Shown: positions 1 to 8,089 of the stretch, piece by piece | Numbering within the stretch: position 1 is the stretch's first letter | Layout of the letters: every line of letters begins with the position of its first letter | Assembly: GCA_001179505.1 (NCBI GenBank) | Contig: CDMY01000845.1 | Coordinates: 1 to 15,681, forward strand | Direction of reading: 5' to 3' | Origin: Vitrella brassicaformis CCMP3155 | Lineage: Eukaryota > Protista > Chromerida | DNA length: 15,681 bases | Translations under genes and position numbers: made by a program | Notes under the pieces: generated by a model | The model's database searches: none | Seen by the model: the letters and a program-made list of their open reading frames with translations, nothing else | What the model was told of the DNA's origin: nothing

Positions 1-3000
1 GGCGAGCGCATCGAGCTCGACGGTGGGGCGTCGGCCTCGAGTGCGAGCGCCAGCTCGGCCAGCGAGGCGGGCGCCGCCGGACCAGGCAAGTACCTCTTCA
101 GGGCCAGGATCGAGCTCAAGGAGCTGCAGCAACAGTCACCCGAGCGGTCCCTCTCACTGGCCTCGGGTGAGGCCCTCCCGCCGCCCGACGAGAAGCAGCC
201 GACCACGCCCTACGCCTCACGCCAGGGGCGCGGTGAGGTGGGGAATGTGTGCATGTCGTCGTCCCTGCCGGCGTCGTCAGTGCTGAGCCGAACCTCCACC
301 CCACGTGCAGCCGGGGGGGCTGGGGACGCTGCGGCCTGGTACCTGTCGGAGAGACGGACATCCAAATGGGTCTTCGAGTAAGAGAAGCACATCTGGCTCA
401 GGGCTTTGGACAGACAGACCAATTAATGACGCATGTCGTCTGTCTGTTGTCGTGCTTGTGGCTGCAGGGAGCTGGCCCGCCGCTTCCCGAGTGAGTTTGT
501 GGTGCGCATTATCAAGGCTGGGGAACTTGAGCTCGAGACGGGAGTCATTGAGATCGACGATCTGCTGCCTGAGTAAGGACGGAAGGATGAATGCACTGCA
601 CGGCGTCAAGACGTGCATGATGCGAACGAATCTCTCTGTCTGGCTGTCTGTGTGTTGTGTTGGGTCGGTGTGTGTGTGTGTGCAGGGAGGGAGTTGTGGA
701 CGACTTGCCGGAGCACCAGAGGGAGAAGAAGAAGCACCAGGCGCTCGTGTCGCTTATCGTCGGCATCGCCTGCCAGAGGAAGCGCCTCGGCACCCCCGCA
801 CAGAAGCGCAAGATCAGCAACGTCCCATCCAAGGCCGCTCGGGACCTCTCGCGCTTCTCGTCCCCCATCCGCCCCATCCACCACGCAATCACCGACGGCC
901 CACCCTCCCTCGCCGCCGGATCGGCCCCCGCACACGCGGGCCTCGAGGCCCACTCACTCGTGTCGTCGCCAGACACCGGTCTGCAGGACAACGGCTTCCC
1001 CCCGCTGCACGCGGGCAGCCAGCCCAAACCTGTCATCTCGGAGGGCGCCGCGAGGACCATCGGACAGCCGCCATCGAGCTACGCTGACAACACTGGTGGC
1101 TCCGAGGGCGGACCGCTGCTGTCGCCCATGACAGAGGGTGGCCCGAGGGGCGACGACCAGTTCTACTCGCCGATGGGAGGGTCGTCGGTGGAGGTGTCGC
1201 CTCTCAGACAGAGGGGCGGCGACGGCCTCCCGCCCTTCCCATCCACACTGGGCGCTGGAGGGCCCCCAGAGCCGCCATCGGCTGACGCCACGAGCAGCGG
1301 CATGCTGGCCGGACCCCCCCCCTACCTCAGCGCCATCTCCGGTGCTGGCGGTGCGGGGGACAGTGTGATGGGTTCGCCCTTCCCCATCTCAGCCGAGGGC
1401 TTCGGAGGCGGCGTCTATGCACCCATCGGCATGCCCCGCAAAGGCTCGGCTCCCCGGCTCCCGCCGCACTTCCAGAGCCCCGACCCCCTGCAGCAACAGA
1501 GGCTCAGACGCGCTTCCCAGCCGGACATCCCCGTGGTGCCATCCGCCTTTGGCGGGTCGTCTGACGTGTCGTTCGAGTCGCCCATGAGACCGCCGGGGCT
1601 CGAGCCCGCCGACCAGAGCGGCAGTACTGTGAGGATGACAGCGGGCGAGGGCCTGCCGTGCATGCAACACGGGCTGGGGTTCAGCCTCGGGATGGAGAGG
1701 GAGCTGCCCTTCGTCACCGTCCCGCGGCCGCCGATCGACTCGCACAAGCGGTTCTTCCCCATGGCGTGGCATCGCGACCAGGGCCACCTCACCGCCACAC
1801 CACCGGGTCCCCAACACATGGGCCATCCTATGGGGGCGACGACGGGCTACGGCGGGTTCGGAGCACCTGGTGGTGGGATTGGGTCGACTTACGCGGACCC
1901 TACCGCCATGAGGGGCATCTCCCCCGGCCCCTACAACATGGCCAGTGTGGCGGGCGCCCTGCAGGCCACCCCTGAGCACCCCCCACCTCCGTCTTTCGGC
2001 CACGACGCCCTCAGCAAGGGCGCTGGGCTGCCTCTCTCGATGCCCTCCCCCATCATGGGCACGCCCATGCCCAAGATGGCGGGTGGGGCTGCCGTCGGCT
2101 CGTCGTCTTCATCGGTCGCGTCGCCACCCCACCAGGACAAGCCGACCCCATTGGCCGAGGGAGAGGGAGAGGAGGGAGAAGGTGGTCTTGACATGGATGA
2201 GGGCAAGGAGGCCATCCCGCGGCCGACACGAGAGCAGCTGTTGGCGTGCAACCCGCAGCTGATCCCGCACCTGCGGCCGCGTGAGTTGGAGTTTGAGGGC
2301 GGTCCGCGGTTCACGCGAGAGGGGCGTGTGCTGATGATGAAGAACGTGCGGGGTGACGTGACTTTGGACGAGATCCAGAGGGAGGTCAAGCGGGGCGGCG
2401 AGCCGGTCCGCATTCTCATCGACATCCAGAACGAGGACCAAGCCGTGCGGCGGTTCCTGGATGGCAGCGACCTCCAGATGCCCGGACAGCCTAACCTAGA
2501 GATCTACACCGAATACCCAGTGGTCAGTCAGTCAGTCGCCCAACAGACAGCCATGAACAGAACCAGAACACCCATGTAGTGTCCGCCTCTGCTCATTTGT
2601 TCCTTCAGAATACGCTGGCCGTGCGCAACTTCATGATCATGTCTCCCCTTCTGATCGACCCCAACTCCATCTCGGAAAACGAGGCCACGGCCATGATTGG
2701 CCGGTGGAAGGAGGCCGACCCCGCCCACCCCGCCACCAAAGAGCAAGCCGTCACCGATCACAAGAAGAAGACCCCTAGTATCACCACCAAGAACCCTGCC
2801 GGTGCCCTCAAACACATCAACACGTCGGCGGTCCACGGCGTGCCGCTCAGCAAGAGGGTGGGGCCGGCCCTTGAGGCTGCGGCCAGGGAGGCTGGCATCG
2901 TCGCCGTCAAGGCTGCCTGCAAGGCCAACGACCCCAATCCGGCTTACCCCCACCCCTACGCCCCCGCACCGGCACAGGCAAACACAAGCAGCAGCTTCCG

Positions 3001-4123
3001 TGCGCAGCAGCACGCCGTGAGTCCCAGCCCCAGCCGCCCCGGTCAGGAAGACATCTCCGGGCATGTGGGTGGGTCGATGGGCGACCTGCGGGCGTCGGTC
3101 GGCCCACGGGAAGTGGACGACGACGGCACCATGTCCGAGACCAACGCACAGACCTCTCAGTCGCAAGCGCCTCCCCCACCTGCAGGGCCGCCACCCTCCT
3201 CCTCCCCACCACCAGCAGCAGGAGCAGCAGCAGCGGGAGGAGGAGGTACCACCGGCGGCAACACGAGCCAGAGGATGCGTTTGTCGTTCTTTGGTGGCGA
3301 CGCTGTGGCAGCTCATGCGGCGTCTTCGAGGGCGCCGGCATCCCCGCCCCCGCCGGCCAATGCGGTTGCGAGAGGGTCCACCGCCAGCCCAGGCAGCAGC
3401 AACGCTGAGGTGCAGCAGGGGCATCAGGGTGGAATGCTCAGCAAAGTCCTAAGTAAGCAGTAACGGAGGACGAAATCCACACGCACACGATTGATGGGAC
3501 ATATACTGATTCCATCGTGTGGCTTTGTCTGTTGATCAGATCCCTTGTCCAGTCTGTTCGGTCTTCGCGGCACTCCCCCGCCATCGCACCAGGCCGCGGC
3601 GTCCGAGGCGTCCTCCACCACCAGCCAGTCGGGCACCCAGTGGGGCTGGCACACCAAGCCATCGCCAGGCCAGCAGCCCTCCGACTCACCCTCCTACCGA
3701 CCCCTCCTACCCACACAGTCATCCAACCCCAACCTGACCACCAGCTCCCTCAGCTCTGTCGGCGGCTCGCCCGTCCCCAGCACAGGGCGCGAGAACGAGC
3801 CCCCAGCGCTCCCCCTCCCACCGGCACTGGGCGAGAGTGCCAAGGCGAGTGCCCCTGGCCTGCTGCCGCATCCGAGCGAGAGGCGGGGCAGCATCACCAC
3901 CGCCAAGGGCGCCAAGAAGACCGGCTTGCCACAGGGGGCCACTGGTGGGGGCGGCGCCGGCATTCTTGGAGCGGCCCCTGCGGCGTCTGGTGGTGGTGGT
4001 CGTGGTGGGGGCAGCACACAGCCGCCCCCTCCGCCCGCTTCATCAGCGACTAACGGGGGGTTGCTTCCTACACCCGGACGGACCAGCAGCCGCAATGGCG
4101 ATGGCGACAAGGCCGCCAAGTGA
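1..4123 (+). CDS. Large (>1200 aa) low-complexity Pro/Gly/Ser-rich hypothetical protein, 5'-truncated. Exons <1-377, 468-572, 686-2522, 2609-3452, 3540-4123.
   Basis: Four GT-AG introns (378-467, 573-685, 2523-2608, 3453-3539) join frame 1 and ORFs 657-2579, 2579-3463 and 3545-4123 into one reading frame. The spliced length is 3747 nt (divisible by 3), ending at TGA 4121-4123. Ordered-looking segments include SKWVFEELARRFPSEFVVRIIKAGELELETGVIEIDDLLPEEGVVDDLPEHQREKKKHQALVSLIVGIAC. An extra in-frame intron (233-280 or 233-310) is possible. No family recognised. Confidence 0.85.
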
Positions 4124-4331
4124 TTGCACCGTGACTGACTGACATGATTACTAGTAGCGATGGACGGGTAGCCAGGACAGCAAGCCCAGTCAGACGGACC
4201 GTTTTGTAGAGCGAGCAGTCGCATTAGGGGGATCAGGAGGGAGGGAGGGATCCATGGAGGGAGGGAGGAAGGGCGCAGACAGACAGACAGGAAGTAGGAG
4301 TGAATTGGTTGTCTAATTTTTCGGAACAAAG

Positions 4332-4355
4332 CTGTCTGTCTGTCTGTCTGTCTGT
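4332..4355 (+). repeat. (TGTC)n microsatellite
   Basis: Five TGTC units read directly. Confidence 0.9.
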
Positions 4356-4812
4356 GTGTGCTCGGGACCTCCTTCTCTGTCTACCCATTGATTGAAGTGC
4401 GCGTGTGCGTGTGCGTGTGTGACTTGGCTGAGGGCCGGGGATCTCTCACAATACTGCATGGCCGTCATGTGTGAGAGAGACCCCCGGCCACCTGCCAGCG
4501 TGGCTGCTGGTGTTATCCAGTTGTCCTCTCTCTCTCTCTTTCTACAGTGTTGGTTCCCATGTCCCATGGTATACCGATCAATCGATGAATGGCCATTTTC
4601 TCCGGCCAGCCAGCCCGCCGGGCGGGCATAAAGGAAGGAGGAGCAATGCTCCGGGCTGCGTGCAGTGTACGTGTTTTGTGCTGTGTTGTACTGTGTTGCG
4701 ATGAATGGCGGGTGTCGGACTGATGCGGGAGGGGCTGAGGCTGACCGGGCTGACGCATCACAAAGGCGGGTTGGCCTACCCGCCTCTGTGGTGTCTGTCC
4801 GTTGGCCGACTA

Positions 4813-4836
4813 GCTGGCTGGCTGGCTGGCTGGCTG
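4813..4836 (+). repeat. (GCTG)6 microsatellite
   Basis: Read directly. Confidence 0.9.
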
Positions 4837-4974
4837 CGTGTAGAGTAAGGTCCTCCCTGGCTGCCTATCTCTCCCCCTCACTGCCTGCCTCTTGCTTAAC
4901 CGACCCATTCCATGCATCCATTCCATCCATCATGCCGTGTGTACTCTCGGGAAGAGAGATTCATTGTGCTGTAA

Positions 4975-4998
4975 CTGCCTGCCTGCCTGCCTGCCTGC
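4975..4998 (+). repeat. (CTGC)6 microsatellite
   Basis: Read directly. Confidence 0.9.
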
Positions 4999-6260
4999 AT
5001 ACACGCCTCTCATCCATGCCATCGATCGATGCCCTTGATGGGCCGGCCCCTCTCCCCTGATTTTGCCCCTCACTCTCTCTCTCTCTCTGTCTCTCCCTCT
5101 TGAGTGTGACTTGACCCTCCCACCCATTTGTTTATTTGCCCACCGGCCTCCTGTCTGCTCGAAAGGGCAGCGGGCAGACGAGTGAGTATCGGTGGGCGGA
5201 TGGATGGGTGAACTCCCTCCCCTGCGTAGTTGCGGACCGTGTTCGGAAGTGAGTGAGTGGGTGGGCCAATGGAGGGATTGATGGGGGCCGGCGCTTTTTT
5301 GAATTGATTACGACCGAGGGTGGGGGATGCCTGCTGCCTACATGTCCGGCTGTCTGTCTGTCCGTCTGTCTGGTGGGTGGTACGCTACACGGGTGGCCTC
5401 CTTCTTCATGCTTTGAAGGCTCTCCTTGCCCTGACTCGCCTTGCCTTGCCTTGCTTTCTTACCTTGCTGCCTCTCTCTCCCTCTCCCTCTCCCTTGGTTT
5501 CCTCTCCCTGGCCTAATCTGTCTCGTGTCGCCCTCTCTCCTTGCGTGTGTGGTGGTGGTGGTGGTGATGGTGGTGTGTTTCTCATTCATTCATCGGGTGG
5601 TGATTGATTGGACTACGGGGCAAGGGTGGGCGGGCGGGGGGAGGGGAAAGGGTATCTGTCGGTCGGTGGATCAGCTCACAGCGCTTGGGGGGCGAAACCA
5701 GCCCAAAAAAGACCTGACCTTTCCTTCCTTGTCTCAAATTCTTTCTTTCTTTCTCGTGTGTGCGTGTGGCTCACACCAGTTACGAAACTTGAAACTCGCA
5801 CCATGCACACCACACCACCCCCACCCACCCCCACCCACCCACACGCACAGGGTCCACATCCATCCATCAATCGGCCCGGTTTCAATCCATTCGCCTCAAA
5901 TCGATGGGCAAATGGACGGGAGGTGGTCGAACAACGACACACGCATGGCGGGCTGACGAGACACCACAAACAAATGCCGATGTCTCACTGCCCGGCATGC
6001 GCACACACACATACGACTTATCACACCTGCCTGCCACCCCACCCGCTGTCAAATCGAGACTCGTCGGCTCACATGAGCTTGATATGTTCGGTGCAAAGGC
6101 ACTTGATTGACTGACGGCGATGCATGCCGTGGTTCGACTGGTGCATGCATTGATCGATTCATCTAAAGTGGGTTGTCCCAGGAGACCACGACAGAGGCCA
6201 GAAAGTCTCCCACACACCAAGCCACGCCAACACAACGTACGTTTGCTAAGCGAGTGTGTC

Positions 6261-6290
6261 CTGTCTGTCTGTCTGTCTGTCTGTCTGTCT
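6261..6290 (+). repeat. (CTGT)7 microsatellite
   Basis: Read directly. Confidence 0.95.
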
Positions 6291-6565
6291 GGACCCGACA
6301 ACACACTGACTGAATCATAACAACACGCACGCCATCTGTCTGTCTGTACAGATGAGATCTCCGTTGTGCCAAACTTACTCGTGTGTATTCCGAATTCTCC
6401 CCCTTCCTGTCATCTGTCCGGCCGTCATGTTGTTCCACACCAACCAGCAAGAACTCTCTCTTTGACACTATCAATCTCCCGAAGGCGCCGGTCGACGATT
6501 ACGAGCCTCGCGTCCCTGCCCCCCACACAGCACAGCAGTGGCCGGCCCTCTCACACGGCCGGGTC

Positions 6566-7135
6566 TTAGTCAAATGGCTGTTCCTTCGATAGCATGCGAT
6601 CCAACTTCTTCCAGTGATGTGCGCGCTCTGCAGCCAGTTGCTTCTCGAGCATCGAGTCATGCTCGTCGCGCTCCTTCTTGAACTGCTCTCTCTCCTGCCG
6701 CATTTCTTTCATCTCCTGCCGCACCTGCTGCATCTGCTCGTCACGGTCCTGCAGCAGCTCATTGATGGCGCCCAGCAGTTCGTTTGCCTTGTCGGGGCCA
6801 AGCAGGAGGAGGATTCGGTTCACCAGCTTCAGCTTCATCGCCGCTGATCGACAACACACACAAATGGGAGCGTGGGAGTGAGATGCCGGCGGCTGTTTCC
6901 CGTCATTGTACCGTCTTCGTAAGTTGCGTCAGCCGATGGGATGGCTCCGCCGCTTGAGGTCTCCGCAAAGAGGCGGCCCAATGGCCCTGACGAGAGGGAG
7001 AGAGGAAAGCGGTGGATCAGTGGCAAACCAACAAGCGACACACGCCCATCTGTCTCGTGTGTGCCCACCGGCGGTGAATGGGAGGGCGTCACGGACAGCC
7101 ACCAGTGAGGCGCGGCGTCTGAAAAGAGTGGCCAT
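6566..7135 (-). CDS. Small coiled-coil protein (139 aa), probably mitochondrion-targeted. Exons 7135-7069, 6986-6912, 6843-6566.
   Basis: Introns 7068-6987 and 6911-6844 are GT-AG and phase-compatible. Product: MATLFRRRASLVAVRDALPFTAGPLGRLFAETSSGGAIPSADATYEDAAMKLKLVNRILLLLGPDKANELLGAINELLQDRDEQMQQVRQEMKEMRQEREQFKKERDEHDSMLEKQLAAERAHHWKKLDRMLSKEQPFD. The N-terminus is Arg-rich and nearly free of acidic residues; the C-half is an E/K/Q/R-rich heptad. Both the start and the C-terminal exon are uncertain (see findings). Confidence 0.7.
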
Positions 7136-7981
7136 GACGGGTGGAAAGTTGACACTGATGTGTTGAGCCGTGTACCTGGTCCGAGGACAGACGAGCCACG
7201 GAGCTGGGCACTCCGAAAGGCGCTTCGTGAATAGACCGACGCGCACAGAGAGATGGCACCAGCAACATCACCACGATCACCACATTGCTCATTGTCATCC
7301 TGCGACAAAGTCGTTGTGCCCTGGCGCTGACTGCTTCTCGAACGCCCGTGCGCAGCAGCAGGAGAGAGCTTGTACCAAAGCGAAGCAAGGGATGGACGAA
7401 TTAAGACTAGAGCAGGTCTGATCTGCTTACTTGTACAACACGAGAGCTGATCTTACTCTCTGCGAGCTCGCAGTTTCAAGCTCGCATTTCCTCAAATGAA
7501 GCTTCCAGGCCTTTGTTTCGATTGTTTCTTTGCCTGACTGTACGTGAAGCCTCAATGCGGAGCGATTCATGCAGAAAAATCGCAAAACGAATTTGCCAGG
7601 CTCGAGAAACCCGGCAATTCGATCCTCACTCGATCCAACTCGGGAGCAAACAGGAGTTTGGGACACTTTGGCGCCCCGCTGAGCTCATCACAAGCTTCGA
7701 TGGCCGTGAGCGGCGCGGGACACGACCCCGTCAACTTAGTAAGGCAAAATCATGCGAGCTTTTGCGACACACGTTTCCAAGAAGAATTCTTTCAAACACA
7801 GATTCGTGTGTCTCGTCTCCTACGTTTCTTGTGATCCCACCACGACTGTTAGAAGCCGTGTGTCGAATAACTCAGAAGGAAGCGAATTTGAGCCAAGCGT
7901 TTCCTCCGTGCCGGCGTGGATGCACGACACTGGTAGAAGCATACAAATGGCATCGTCGTCGCTCTCGTCCAGTTTGTGTAG
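7136..7981. promoter_or_regulatory. Shared upstream region (putative bidirectional promoter and 5' UTRs) of divergent genes 2 and 3
   Basis: The genes are head-to-head. The region is visibly less GC-rich and free of microsatellites. A strong minus-strand donor (gtaagc) at 7430 suggests a spliced 5' leader. Confidence 0.5.
7460..7473. promoter_or_regulatory. Perfect 14-bp palindrome CTGCGAGCTCGCAG, candidate transcription-factor site
   Basis: Self-complementary and located in the divergent upstream region. The 13-mer TCTGCGAGCTCGC (7459-7471) recurs at 12927-12939. Confidence 0.4.
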
Positions 7982-8089
7982 GGCTTCTTTCCCTTCAAAC
8001 CGTTGCTGTGGGTAAGTAAAGTGTGAGCATCGACAGAAGCGCTCTATCCGCTGACGATGTAGCAGGAAGATCCGCAGCGTTGGCGACAT

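Noticed and set aside
6128-6145. GGTTCGA resembling a tRNA T-loop
   Set aside because: There is no T-stem pairing, acceptor stem or cloverleaf around it.
4300-6320. Numerous 65-170-aa ORFs containing VCLSVCLS, RQTDRQTD or LPACLPAC
   Set aside because: They are translations of (GTCT)n, (CAGA)n and (CTGC)n microsatellites.
7400-7950. Lower-GC, SSR-free segment as a possible mobile-element or foreign insert
   Set aside because: No terminal repeats, target-site duplication or transposase/RT motifs were found. The position between divergent genes explains it as promoter or UTR DNA.
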